NCBI GenBank assembly: GCA_035221665.1
Contig: CM069150.1
Span: 28,954,001 to 29,018,000, forward strand
DNA: 64,000 bases
Reading direction: 5' to 3'
Origin: Okamejei kenojei
Taxonomy: Eukaryota
How positions within the stretch are numbered: the first letter of the stretch is position 1; each line of letters begins with the position of its first letter. The position numbers and the translations under genes are program-made. Under the pieces are notes generated by a model. That model was given only the letters and a program-made list of their open reading frames with translations, was not told the DNA's origin and searched no databases. Below are positions 14,101 through 29,100 of the stretch, piece after piece.

Positions 14101-17100
14101 CAAATGTAAAGTGAAGTGATACGGGTATCAGCGAATATTTGAAGTTGGCAATAAAACTAATATGCGCTGCTTGTGCTGAATGGCCTGTTCTTGAAATAAA
14201 CCTCCATGCAAAACTGCTTTCTAAATATTTGCATTGTGCTCCTGGCACTTGAATCTGAAATTCTCATGAAAAATACAAAAGTAACATTATGAAGCTAAAG
14301 CATTTATTCAATGCATCAAATGTGCCTTCTCATAGAGCATTTAATATGAAATGGAAATTCAGCAATTTCACTGCATCACAAGGCAAGCTGTAACTTTATA
14401 GTATTCAGAATAAAATATGATGATGCCAGATGTTACCATTCCATTGTAGTAAGTGCAACAGTTTGCATGAATAAATGTTTATTGAATAAAATAGCTACAG
14501 GGTAATGGTTTAATGGAGCTCTTTTAATTAATACCAGTGCAGTATCCTCAGTAATGTCGTGGTGCCAAAGGCTTCAGAACAACAGTGGCAGATGTTGTAG
14601 TTCCATCATGTTGAATGCTCAACAATCTGTTTGAGTAAATATGTCCTGGAAAATACATCACCATTGTTTTTTCCATTGTAAATCATATTGAGATTCTTCA
14701 CATTGATGCGGGAAGAAGGCAAACAGCAGGAAGCAGGAGATAAATATGAAGGTTCGGAATAGAAGAAAAGTCAAGCATAACTTTGTTACATAAATCATTA
14801 ACATGTTGGGCAACAGTAAAAACAATACAGAACTATAGGACACTGCTCTCTTGCTCATACTGTCAACAACAAAGAGGGGTCTCAACCCGAAACTTCACCC
14901 ATTCCTTCTCTCCAGAGATGCTGTCTGTACCCGCTGAGTTACTCCAGCATTTTGTGTCTTTCTTTGGTTTAAACCAGCATCTGCAGTTCCTTCCTACACA
15001 CAACAACAATTTGAAGATGGGCTTTCAGTTTTCTTCCATAGTATTAGCCATGTATTTTTGTTTTAATTTGCCACCTGCGGTAGGTTAGCTCCCTCAGGGA
15101 GATAGATTTAATGCAACATCTGTCCTTTTTTTTACATTCATGTATTCATAACAAAAGTTAACATCAGAAGGCAATTAGAGCAGTTGAAGCTGAACCCTCT
15201 GGGCCTCTGAAATGCCTCTGATGGCATCAAGCTCATTATGACCCTCCCCAATACTGTGCCATGACCACTGCACTGAACAATTGTTCCCAACATTGATTAT
15301 TCACAGTAAAAACTAATTTTCTAACATCTGCCTTCAAATTACATGGACTAATTTCAGTTTTTATCACTGAGCCCTTCACTTCCAATTTAAGATAATCTTG
15401 TAAACTTGCACTATTGAAACTGGTGAATATTTAGTATCTCAATGTAATCTTTCTTATTTGTTTTCCTACTCAACTATCAATCTTAACCTTCACTAATCAA
15501 ACTTTCCCTTTCAGTCCATTTTACTTTGGAAACACTTTTATTGTTCTTTCTGGCAAGTAATCAAGATTAAATTCTGTTTTCCCATGGTGGTCTGGCCAAT
15601 GTAGTTCAGAATCCCAGTGTAACATAACAGTTTTGCTCTTTAACCCAGGCTCATTGTTAGGGCATTGAAAGAACTGAGGAAATTATTAATCCCAGCTCTC
15701 TTGCTGTCTGTGAATTTGCTTAGATCGAAACAACAGAGTTGCAAGAATATATTAAGAAACGTTGCTCAGTAACAATCCCTTGTGTGTGACATTGCTCCTG
15801 TCCTGGATCCTCTGCTCCCTTTTGGTGATCTAAACTCTGGCCCAGTTGATGCCGCAAAGCCACATGGCAATGAGCTGGGGAATTCTGCTTGAACATCAAT
15901 TCCTTTTTATTAACTTCGGCTAATTTGAACAAGGTTAATCTGCTGTGCTTTAATTCGCAAACTCAGAAATACGCTGCAAGGGTAACATTTCATAGGATGA
16001 TCTTCTGAAATCTGGACCTACATTCTCACTGTTGACTCATAAAACAAAACCCCATGGTGATAGGCTGGAGTTCTGAAATCTATCCTCTGCTACAAATGCG
16101 AGGTAGCATGTTGTTATATCACCTCACTGTAGTGCTTTCCTTGCCATGCTGTTGATTACTGGTATTTCTTGGACTGTTGTTTCCCAATGTGTCAAACTGA
16201 TTTTAAATTTCTGGTACCTGATCTATTTTCAAGCAGGCCAGAGAGAACATGGGTGCAGCGGCAGAGTTGCTGCCATATAGCACCAGAGATCAGGTTCGAT
16301 CCTGACTATGGGTGCCATCTGTACGGATGGGTTTGACCGCATGGGTTTTCTCCGAGTGCTCCGGTTTCCTCCCACATTCCAAAGCCGTGCAGGTTTGTAG
16401 GTCAATTGGCCTCTGTAAATTGGCCCTAGTGTATAAGTTAGAACTAGTGTACAGGTAATCGCTAGTCGGGGTGCACCCTGTGGACGATGGGCCTGTTTCC
16501 ACGCTGTATCTCTAAACGAAATTAGAGTTAACAAATGAATCAACTCTTAAAGTATCCTAAGAATGACAATACAGAGTTTCGGCCAACAGATGTCACTGCT
16601 GTGCTTTCTAATAGAGTGACGAACATGTGAATATGTGGGTATAAAATTCGAAGTGTGGTGGTGGGGGGGTGGGGGGGTGGGGGGGGGGGAGGGTAACCTA
16701 CGGTTATTTAGAACTCTCATGACCTTATGACTCAAAATGTGCTTTGCACACAGCCAACATATTGCTATCGTAGGGTATCATTATTCTCATTGGAAAACAG
16801 GTGCAAGCAATAATGGGATAAACTCAACTGCTAAACTTATATTTCAAATTTTCGATGACATAAATGCATTGTATCTCTGGGATATTTTCTTCTCCTTCCC
16901 CTTTCCTCATTGGCCTACACCTATTTCCATCTCCTCCAGAAGGATCAGCAGCCACAAACAAGGCTTCACCACCCCCTCTCCATCTGCACCAAAACCGTTC
17001 GGTCCCACACATTTTCCCTTGGGCTCTACTCTATTGTTTAGCTTTCCCTATTCCATGCCCTTCTCTGTAGATTAAGTTTAGTTTAGTTTAGTTTAAAGAT

Positions 17101-20100
17101 ACAACGCGAAACAGGCCCTTCAGCCCACTGTGTTCATGCCAACCAGCGATCCCCGCACACTAACACTATCCCATACACACTAGGAACAATTTACAATTTT
17201 ACCAAGCCAAATAGCTTAGAAACCTTTACGTCTTTGGAGTGTAGGAGGAAACCGGAGAACCTGGAGAAAACACTCGCAGATCACGGGGAGAATGCACAAA
17301 CTATGTATAGACAGCACCTGTAGTCAGGATTGAACTGACGCTACCACAGCCCCACTGTGCCACCCGTTAAATGATGTTTGATTTCTAATCTCCCCATTCT
17401 TAGTTCAAGGACATGAAAGAACATTGACTTGAAATGTTAACTGTTTTTCTCTCCGCTGCTGCCACCTGACCCAGTCATTTTCTATATCTACTTGAGATTT
17501 ACAGCATCTGTAGCCTTTTTGTGACTGTAATTGTTTTGATGTTTCAGAAACTCGAGTCATTCATTGCAAACTGCAGAGAAGCTTCCAATTTGTTAATGGA
17601 CACCATTAGAATGTTTGAATATAATAAACCCAGCAACAATGCACAGGTACGTGGCCAAATGACAAAATACAACGCAGCAGGAATGCAGCAGTAAAGAGAA
17701 TGACTGGGAAATGGATAAATCATTAAAGTATTTGCTATGATTATGTGAACACTGACATTTTGATCGAATTGGGTGAAAACAATCTCTTTTAAAACCTTTT
17801 AATTATACATTAGTTGTTATAGCTTTTGACTCAACTGGCCATATACATATGTTGATAGACATTTAAAGTTTAGTTTAGTTTTTCAGTTCAAGTAACTTTA
17901 GTTAAAGTAACTTCAAATTAAGTAACATTAACCTCAAAAATAAATATAAAAAAATATTTGATGATCAGCTGTTATAATTATCTGATGATTTCCATCTCGG
18001 ATCATCCTTTGTAGAACCTATTTTATTTCTATTGATCTCAAGCTGAAATTGTAGCCCAGTGGTTGACTAAGTGAAAAATGTTGCCCATCTTAGCTTGTTG
18101 GACTCACTTTCTCAAATCAAACTAATCGTAGCATCAGTCAACAGCATCGTGGATAAACTATGATTATTTAACTAAACAACATTTCCTGAATTAAAATAGA
18201 GGCAAAAGAAAATTATAATTCATTCAATTCATTAAATTGGTTCCTGGGATGGCAGGTCAACCATATGAAGAGAATTAATAGATTTCTGGATGTTGGAGGA
18301 ATCAAGGGAGATGGGGATAAGCCAGAAAAATGATACTGAGTCAGATCAGCTATGATCTTGTAGAATACTGGATCAGGTTGGAGGGGGCGAATGGTTCACT
18401 ACTGTTCCTATTTATATGCACAGTTAGTCTTGTGAACATTTGCGATAATCAATATAAACAACAAAATATCAAATCTACATCCTGGATAATTGAGTTGTGT
18501 ACAACATTTAGATTTATTTTTTCTTTTTGGTCACTGATCTTTTCCTTTGTATAATTGAACTGTTATATTATTAGATTGCCCCATCACCAGCTAACATGGA
18601 TAAGGGTTGGTGGGATAAATGAAACATCAGTAGCATGCTAAAAATCCGCTCAATGCAAATATATTTACTGATTCTGCCTTCTTAGATCTCGGGGGTGGGG
18701 AATTCCAAAGAATCACAACACTCTGGGAGCAGAAATTCCTCTTTACACATCTTCAATGGGTGATTCCTTATTCTGAACCCATTTTCTCTAGATCTGTGTA
18801 GCCCCTTCAGGTGCAACATCCTCTCAACATCTATACTGCATTTTACCTGTGACCTTGTGGGTTTTCGATGGGTGCTCCGTGTTCCCTCCCACACTTCAAA
18901 GACGTACAGGTTTGTAGGTTAATTGGATCCAGTAAAATTGTAAATTGTCCTTATTGTGTAGGATAGTGCTAGTGTGCAGGGTGATTGCTGGTCGGTGTGG
19001 AGTCGGTGGAGCGAAGGGCCTGTTTCCGCAGTGTATCTGTAAGGTCTAATGTCTAAAGCATCAAAACCTTTGGTTGGTTTGAGCCTGCTACTTTTCTGCA
19101 GTTACCATTTTGTCTTTACCTTTATTTGAAGGAAGTTATTAACTGCATCAGTAACCACAAGTTGACCATGCAGAGGGTTTTGCAAGATGCCCGGTTGGTT
19201 AATTTACAACTGGAAGGTGGAGCAATTCTCGCCAGACTCAAGAAAGAGGAAACTCGATTCAGTTTCTCTGAGGACTACAGGTGGGAAACTAATACGACTG
19301 AGTTGAACATTTTCAGGATGGTTTCTGCCCTTGTTTAAACTATATCAATACAATTATTATCTGCGTAATCAGTATTTGGAACAATTTGCAATGTATAACA
19401 TAAAATAATAAACTTTACCAACACTATTGCCTATAAAACTCTCACGCTCACTTTGATTAACTTAACCCAATGTTAAACTCTCTATCCATTGCACTTTTTC
19501 ACCTTGTCCACAACCGGGTTAACTTTCTTCTCCCCCTACAGATCTGCCCATTTGTCATTTATGTCCTTGATAACCTCTGCTGGCTTCTCGCTTTCAAAAT
19601 AATTAATTCCAAATTCTTACATGCGTACAAGTTCCTCCACCCCTTCACCATACCCTCCACATGTAGTCTTCTTCAAGTTCTCTTTCTTAGCTTGCTCCAC
19701 CCTCTCTTCTTCCCCAAAATTACTATAGTGAACCATTCAGTTCACGGTTCGATAAATTACAAAGCACTCAGTGATATTGGAGTTGTACTCCAGAAATCCC
19801 TAAACACTGCCATCTTAAGAAATTCCTCTACCCTTTCCAATGACTCCTCAACATTTCTCTTTTCCTGAGGAATTTCCTGGACACAATGTTCAGGAAAAGT
19901 AGAATTTGCAGCACTTCCCAGGAAGGAGAGCTGAGCCTACAATTTTAATCAAGAATGGCTTGTGTAATTACTTGTGTGATGGGTCCAGATTGGCATCAAA
20001 GGATTAGTTTTGAGGCTGTACCCTGAAAGAATGAACAGAAAGGCTCACCAGCAAGGGAAAATGAGTGGTGTGGGTACCTGAATCAAGATGGGCTTAAGAC

Positions 20101-23100
20101 ATAGAATCAGTCGGCAAATAGATCTAAACAATTAAAACACACTTTTCAATGTGATGCTCCACGGCAAAGAGTTTCAGCAAAGTGGCCGCTGTCTGTGTCC
20201 ATTATTTCACGACCATAAAAAGGATTATAAGCATCAATATATTGATATAATCCAGAAGGACTCTGCACCCATCGAGTCCATGCCTGTTCTTTACAGAGCA
20301 ATCTCATCGCTCCCCAAATTATTATTTTTCATTTAATCATCTAATTTCCATCCATGAGCTCAGATCGATTCTGTTCACACTGCATTTACAGGTAGAATGT
20401 TCCAGATCCCACATTTATTTTCCCCTCAGTTTCTCCTTGTATTTTTTGCCTGTTCCCTGAATCATCTGCTAATGGAAGCAGCTTCCCTCTATTTATCGTC
20501 TAAATGTGTCATGATACCACATTATCAGGTCTCCTATTCAATTTCTTTGCTCTCTGAGGAACAACCCCAGATTCTGATTTCTGACTTTGTGCTGAAATAC
20601 CTCAATTGTTCAAGTACCTTGGTAGAGTGATCGGGTTAGACAACACAGAAAAAAGCCCTTTTGGCCCAACCCATCCATGCCAACACTGATGTTTATCTCA
20701 GCTACTCTCATTTGCCTGCGTTAAGCCATTTCCCGCTTATCTTGTCTATCTATGCACCTGTCCAAATATGTTTTAAATTTTGTAACTGTACCCACCTCTG
20801 CCGCTTCCTCTCGCAGTTGGTTCCATATGACATAGAAAATAAAATAGGCACAGGAGGCCATTCGGCCCTTCGAGCCAGCAATTCAATATGATCATGGCTG
20901 ATCATCCAACATCCTGCTCTTTCCTGATATCCCTTGACTCCGTTAGTCCAAAGAGCTAAATCTAATTCTCTCCTGAAAACATCCAGTGAATTGGCCTACA
21001 CTGCTATCTATGGCAGATAATTCCACAGATTCACAACTCTCTGGGTGAAAAGGTTGTTCCTCATCTCAGTCCTACATGGCCTACTCCTTATTCTGTGGAC
21101 CCCGGTTCTGGACTCCCCCAACATCGGGAATTTTTTCCTGCATCTAGCCTGTCCAATCCCTTAAGAATTGTATATGTTTCTATAAGATATCCTCTCATCC
21201 TTCTAAATTCCAGTGAATACAAGCCCATTCAACCTATTCTTTCATCAAATGTCAGTCTCGCCATCCCAATAATTAACCTGGTGAACCTACACTGCACTCC
21301 CTCAATAGCAAGAATGTCCTTCAAATTAGGAGACCAAAACTGCACAATACTCCAGGTGTGGTATCACCAGGGCCCTGTACAACTGCAGAAGGACCTCCTT
21401 GCTCCTATACTCAAATCATCTCGCTATGAAGGCCAACATGCCATTTGCTGCCTGCTGCACCTGCATGCTTACTTTCAGTGACTGATGTACAAGGACACCC
21501 AGGTCTCGTTGCAACTCCACTACCCTCCGTGTGAAAAAGTTACCCCTCGAGTCTCTTTTAAATTTTTCCCCTCTCATCTTAATTCCATTCTCTCTGGTTT
21601 TAGACACCTTTATTCCAGGAAATGATTGTGACCGTCCATTATCCATGTCCCAAATTATTTTATAAGGTCATTCTTCAACCTCTAATGCTTCAGAGATAAA
21701 GGTCTCTCCTTATAACTCAAGGCCTCCAGTTCCAGTAACATCCTCATTATTTTTTTCTGCACCCTTTTCAGTTTAATGACATCCTTCCTATAGCTGGGGG
21801 ACCAGAACTGCACCCAATCCATCAAATCTTACTTGATGTATTGGGTGCAGTTGGCATTTGTACGGAGAAACGCACTTTCATGTGTTGTTGCATTTGTTAG
21901 TCATGTAACCTCTATATTTATAATGGTACTGTGAATATATATGACTCACGATGTTTTGTAACCTTATATATTTGCAGGGATGCCATTGATTCAGTAACAC
22001 CTCTCTATAATACAGTGGAAGAAAGTGTCCATACTCTAGTGATGAAGTCTAATCAGTGTCTGCAGCATTTGGAGTTCTTGCAGAATCTGAGGACACTCGA
22101 GGATAAATTTAAACAGGTTGGAAATTTCACTTTGAAACTGTCTCTATTTCTCTTTCCACGGATGCTGCCTGCCCTTCTGAGCATTTCTAGCATTGCCTCT
22201 TGTAATTTGGGGTTATTTACTCAACAGCTCGGGGGGGGGGGCAATGGATATTGGGAGGAAAAATATGGAATCAGAAATGCTCCAGAAATATCCTGGAAGA
22301 ATATGGTGTGAGAGAGCAAAGATTGACAATGTGACTACAGGGATATAAAGGCATGTCAAACGAAATACATATTTGAAATACATGTCAAATGAAATACATG
22401 ATTTTACTGCAAAGCACAGGGTGAAACTGCAAAGATTTAAAGTTGAACCTATACTCTAGCTAAGCCACAATGGTGATATCTCTGAGCATCTAATTACAAA
22501 GGGGCCACTGATGGGTTGAAAAGCCCACACTACAGATTCATTCATCATCCTCTCTGTGAGAAAAAGGACAAGTATGGCCCTGAAACTGAGCACACACTTG
22601 TAGCTCTCTTCTGGTTCTAATCCCATCCACCATGTTTTGTCCTGTTGTCCAACTGAATCCAATAGATCACTCCCAAAATAATACAAATAGGGACTTTAGA
22701 ATTACATAAGTCACCAAACGTTGTTTGCACTGTGGGAGAGTCAAGGACCAGAGACCATAGCCTCAAAATAAAAGGATGTATCTTTAGAAAGAAGATGAGG
22801 AGGAATTTCTTTAGTCAGAGGGTGGTGAATCTGTGGAATTAATTGCCACATTGAGCTGTGGTGGCCAAGTCAATGGATATTTTTAAGGCAGTGATTGACA
22901 TATTCTTGATTAGTATGGGTGTCAGGGGTTATGGGAAGAATGGAGAAGATTGGGGCTGAGAAGTAAAGATAAATCAGCCATGATTTAAGGGCCTTTATAT
23001 TTCTTTATATAAAGTAGACCTGATGGGCTGAATGGCCCAATTCTGCTCATATAACTTATGAACATGCACTTGTGAAATGCAATTACAGTGCTGCAAATTT

Positions 23101-26100
23101 GGGGATCGTAAACCATGCACATGCTATTTTAGTGTGGCCTATCAACGTTACAAAATGCTCACCTTAATTCATACTTCAAATGCCATTTTACAGAAAATTA
23201 AATGACGTAATTAATTTCCAGGAGTATAATTGCTGGAAATATAGTACAAAACTGAAAATGTCCCATGGAATGCAAAATATGCTTCTGTGATTTCCAGCAA
23301 TTCCCGTTTATAATTGCAGTAAAATTCACTTAATGCTGATTAAAAACATATATTCAATCGTATCTTGCTTTAAAACAATTATTGGAGCGTTCTCTTCATC
23401 TCGTAATCTCGTTATTGCCTCTTCAGCAAAACAACTGGCTTCTTTGTGAAGGTGAACCATATCTGCAGAATTCAGTCATAAGTGGAGATTCACTTAAAGT
23501 CATACAACAAATCCAGCAAAAGTTCAGTGAATTCTTTATATTGGCCACAGTAAGTCATATTACCTATATGTACCTATATGTTTTATTTATATATAATTAT
23601 AACATTCCTAATAATAACATTCACATTTTAAGAGCACCCATAAACTGAGTGCGTTCACCAATTAGATGATATTCAAGGCTGGACAGGGTTTATGTGAAGT
23701 AGGTTAATATTAACCATTTTTTGGAATTCATACACAAGGTGTAAGCACACTGGCAAGGATATATTTATTGATCATCCTAGTTGTTCCCGAGCTGACAATG
23801 GTTAGCAGCCTCTTTAGTCCACTGTGAAGTTGTGTCCACCGTGCTGACAAGTGGAGAGACACAGAACAATGGAGGAATGATTATATTTGTTCCTATTAGT
23901 ATTGTGTGATTTTGAAGGAAATTGGAGGTGCCAATTTCACCTACGTGCTTGGACCTCTGGGTGATAGGAGTTGTGAGTCTGGCAGATGCTATTGAAGAAT
24001 CTTTCATGAGGCACTGCAATGCATTCAGTAGATGGTATTCGCTGCAGCTGCAGTCTGGTGGAGGGATGGGAACTTAAGATGGAGGTTTTGATACTTATGG
24101 TCCCGATAGCAGCATGTCCATGATGCTGCTTAGCTTCTTGAGTGTGTTTGGAACTCGCTCATCCAGGTCGGTTGAGAGTTTCTGCCATATTCCTGCCATC
24201 ATGGGTGACATGATGATGATGCAGTCAATGCTGTTCCCCACAACTGTGGGACCCAGACGGATCCAAACCTTGCCATCTGCATGTGAAGCGCTTTCCACCT
24301 TCTCTCTGTGAGCAGGTGGGTTTCCTCCTGCCATTCTGTTTTCTGCCGTGTCTTAAAGGTTTGCTGGTAGTTTAGTTGGCTGCTATAAATTATCCCTTAT
24401 GGGTAAAAATAATCAAAAGGGAGTTGATAGGTATGTGTGAAGAGATTGGCACTGAGGCACAATGGTATAAGAAGAGGGGGAATGGCACTTATGGGATTGC
24501 TTCCCTGGACCCAATGAGCCAAATAGCTTCCACCCCTGTTGTTATGTTTAAGATTTATCTTATAACCGATGGGAAGGCTTTTGGCTTATGACATTTTCTT
24601 GTAGTTACAATATCAATTGTAGTTCAATTCCCTAATATATGAAAATGGAGGGTGTCAGCATACACCTTTTTATTATGTGAGTTATTGACCTGACCTATTA
24701 GTTCAGCAGAGTGCCTTGTATAGGTTTTTAGTTACATCTCAAATTTCTGTCAGATCAACGAAAACATTATTGATATCTGTATGAAAAGAATTAAGAAGAT
24801 AGAAACATAGAAACATAGAAATTAGGTGCAGGAGTAGGCCATTCAGCCCTTCGAGCCTGCACCGCCATTCAATATGATCATGGTTGATCATCCAACTTAG
24901 TATCCCGTACCTGCCTTCTCTCCATACCCTCTGATCCCCTTAGCCACAAGGGCCACATCCAACTCACTCTTAAATATAGCCAATGAACTGGCCTCAACTA
25001 CCCTCTGTGGCAGAGAGTTCCAGAGACTCACCACTCTCTGTGTGAAAAAAGTCTTTCTCATCTCGGTCTTAAAGGATTTCCCCCTTATCCTTAAGCTGTG
25101 ACCCCTTGTCCTGGACTTCCCCAACATCGGGAACAATCTTCCTGCATCTAGCCTGTCCAACCCCTTAAGAATTTTGTAAGTTTCTATAAGATCCCCTCTC
25201 AATCTCCTAAATTCCAGAGAGTATAAACCGAGTCTATCCAGTCTTTCTTCATAAGACAGTCCTGACATCCCAGGAATCAGTCTGGTGAACCTTCTCTGCA
25301 CTCCCTCTATGGCAATAATGTCCTTCCTCAGATTTGGAGACCAAAACTGTACGCAATACTCCAGGTGTGGTCTCACCAAGACCCTGTACAACTGAAGTAG
25401 AACCTCCCTGCTCCTGTACTCAAATCCTTTTGCTATGAAAGCTAACATACCATTCGCTTTTTTCACTGCCTGCTGCACCTGCATGCCTACTTTCAATGAC
25501 TGGTGTACCATGACACCCAGGTCTCGCTGCATCTCCCCTTTTCCTAATCGGCCACCATTTAAATAATAGTCTGCTTTCCTGTTTTTGCCACCAAAGTGGA
25601 TAACCTCACATTTATCCACATTATACTGCATCTGCCAAACATTTGCCCACTCACCCAGCCTATCCAAGTCACCTTGCAGTCTCCTAGCATCCTCCTCACA
25701 GCGAACACTGCCCCCCAGCTTAGTGTCATCCGCAAACTTGGAGATATTGCCTTCAATTCCCTCATCCAGATCATTAATATATATTGTAAATAGCTGGGGT
25801 CCCAGCACTGAGCCCTGCGGTACCCCACTAGTCACTGCCTGCCATTGTGAAAAGGACCCGTTTACTCCTACTCTTTGCTTCCTGTTTGCCAGCCAGTTCT
25901 CTATCCACATCAATACTGAACCCCTAATACCGTATGCTTTAAGTTTGTATACTAATCTCTTATGTGGGACCTTGTCGAAAGCCTTCTGGAAGTCCAGATA
26001 TACCACATCCACTGGTTCTCCCTTATCCACGCTACTAGTTACATCCTCGAAAAATTCCACAAGATTCGTCAGACATGATTTACCTTTCGTAAATCCGTGC

Positions 26101-29100
26101 TGACTTTGTCCAATGATTTCACCACTTTCCAAATGTGCTGCTATCCCATCTTTAATAACTGACTCTAGCAGTTTCCCCACTACCGATGTTAGACTAACTG
26201 GTCTGTAAGCAGACTATTATTTAAATGGTGGCCGATTAGGAAAAGGGGAGATGCAGCGAGACCTGGGTGTCATGGTACACCAGTCATTGAAAGTAGGCAT
26301 GCAGGTGCAGCAGGCAGTGAAAAAAGCGAATGGTATGTTAGCTTTCATAGCAAAAGGATTTGAGTACAGGAGCAGGGAGGTTCTACTTCAGTTGTACAGG
26401 GTCTTGGTGAGACCACACCTGGAGTATTGCGTACAGTTTTGGTCTCCAAATCTGAGGAAGGACATTATTGCCATAGAGGGAGTGCAGAGAAGGTTCACCA
26501 GACTGATTCCTGGGATGTCAGGACTGTCTTATGAAGAAAGACTGGATAGACTCGGTTTATACTCTCTGGAATTTAGGAGATTGAGAGGGGATCTTATAGA
26601 AACTTACAAAATTCTTAAGGGGTTGGACAGGCTAGATGCAGGAAGATTGTTCCCGATGTTGGGGAAGTCCAGGACAAGGGGTCACAGCTTAAGGATAAGG
26701 GGGAAATCCTTTAAGACCGAGATGAGAAAGACTTTTTTCACACAGAGAGTGGTGTCTCTGGAACTCTCTGCCACAGAGGGTAGTTGAGGCCAGTTCATTG
26801 GCTATATTTAAGAGTGAGTTGGATGTGGCCCTTGTGGCTAAGGGGATCAGAGGGTATGGAGAGAAGGCAGGTACGGGATACTGAGTTGGATGATCAGCCA
26901 TGATCATATTGAATGGTGGTGCAGGCTCGAAGGGCTGAATGGCCTACTCCTGCACCTAATTTCTATGTTTCTATGTTTCTATGTTTCTATGTAATTCCCC
27001 GTTTTCTCTCTCCCTCCCTTCTTAAAAAGAGGGGTTACATTTGCTACCCGCCAATCCTCAGGAACTACTCCAGAATCTAAAGAGTTTTGAAAGATTATCA
27101 CTAATGCATCCACTATTTCCTGAGCTACTTCCTTAAGTACTCTGGGATGCAGCCTATCTGGCCCTGGGGATTTATCGGCCTTTAATCTATTCAATTTACC
27201 CAACACCACTTCCCGACTGACCTGGATTTCACTCAATTCCTCCTTTGACCCACAGTCCCCTGCTATTTCCGGCAGAAGATGGGTGGAAATATAAAGATGG
27301 CTCAAAACTAACACAGTAATTAGGACAGAGACACTTAAATTGTATTTATACCTTGCCACGTCTTTGAACACAAACCACCTTTATCTTATACCTCCGCATA
27401 TAACTTAGCATCATGTTTGTTAACACTCTTATGAAACATCTTGGGTTAATAAGGTGCCACAAATATAACTTGCTACGTAACATAGAAACTAATATTGCTC
27501 CACTTTACAATTGTCTTACTATTGTACCTTACAGCAGGAATACAAAAAGAGTTTGGAGCTGTTGCAGGAGGCAAATCAACTGGATGGTTTCTCGTATCCT
27601 GAGTTTTCAGTGTTCAAAGATATGGTGGAAGAATTTAAAACACGACTTGACAATTTTCACATTAGTGCTAAGAAACAGCAGGCAGAATTGAATGCTCTAG
27701 TCAACCTGTACAACTACTGTGATAAGGTTTGTAAAAAGAAAAACATAATGGCAAGTATTGTATAATAAATATCACATTACCTTATCTTTCTCCCCAAATA
27801 TTGAAGAATGTGAAGCTGAATAAAATATAAATGAACTTAAAAAACAATTCTATAACATGACTGATTGGCATAAATAAAATCTTTCAAATAAAAATGTATA
27901 TGCAGAAATTGTAAGGGTATCTTCCTTAGGAAGTTATTGGCTGATATCAGCACAAATAAGTTCCAGTTGTCAATATAGTGATACGATTTCCATCCAAACA
28001 GTCGAGTACTGACTGTACTCATTCCTCAAATGGTAAGATAATTGGGATAATTACAATAAGTAGAATTTAAGCAGCAGAAACCAAAGTATAAGACAACTTT
28101 GCATCAGTAAAACTTAAAGACAAGGACATTGAAAGGGTGGTTAGGGAATGGATGGTGGTGGGCAACAGCATTTAACCAACCTGGATGATATTTGAAAAGC
28201 ATTGTGTGGTGTTGGCTAGGCTGATGAAGTAAGAGATTAGGCAAATCTGAATGGAAAATACACCCTATACGAAGACAATGTCCACAGACATGTGAGGGAG
28301 TACCAGTTTCAAGATGCCCACTGGTGTAAACTTTAACTTAAAAATGAGTTCAACAAGCACGTTATATGTGAAAGGAACATAAAACTCTCACAGCAAAGCA
28401 GAATGACCCCACCAAATGTGTGGGTTGAACACCACAGCCAATTACGTCTAGGTTTTATTTTCCTTCTAACACACCACAGGAGAACTCCACTGGCAAATTG
28501 AATAGATTCAGTCAGGGATTTGGAGGCAGGACCAGAATCTTCAGGTGATTCAGGCTGGAAAGCAGGTGCTTGATGAAGGGATTGCCAGTTGTATCATAGT
28601 CAAGCAGATTGTTCATTCTCAAATGTGGAAACTGAATTAAGAAAGGCTAGTAATCACAGAGCTTTGGAAAACAATGATGAAATAATTATTAAAACTGCTT
28701 TTAGAAACCTGCTCCCTGACTGTCTCTGTTGTGCTTTGTTGATCGGCTTGCTGGGGAGTTGATGATAGGGAGCTGAATTTCCCAACAGGCTGCCCTTTAT
28801 GTTTGCTGCAACTTTGGCAGGATATTTATAGAAACACCATAGAAGCAGAACAGACAGCTTTTGTTCATTTCACTGGCATTTCTGCAAATCTTATTGCAGG
28901 CACTATGGACAACTGGGAAAATCCCTATGGAAACTATCAGAGTGAGCCTTATGAATTTTCAAGTATGTGAGTGTTTTGCCACTCAATATATGGGTAAATC
29001 ATATGACAAACCTGTTTCACCTGTCAAAAGATCAAATCCCTGCTTCCCAGACTTAGGAATATACAGTAAATAGATACACAAAGGATGCATGGAAGCTCAA

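Noticed and set aside
16250-16320. tRNA-like A/B boxes (also ~9610-9679 and 61490)
   Set aside because: SINE heads continuing into a V-domain body; no complete cloverleaf
19470-19868. 132-aa + strand ORF
   Set aside because: No splice context or motif; pyrimidine-rich decayed repeat-like sequence; gene frame is complete without it
25585-26103. 172-aa + strand ORF
   Set aside because: Antisense shadow of the CR1 RT frame
24897-26180. RT ORF as a retron, DGR or domesticated gene
   Set aside because: Typical CR1 ORF2 with tail and TSD, 5'-truncated and lacking the endonuclease
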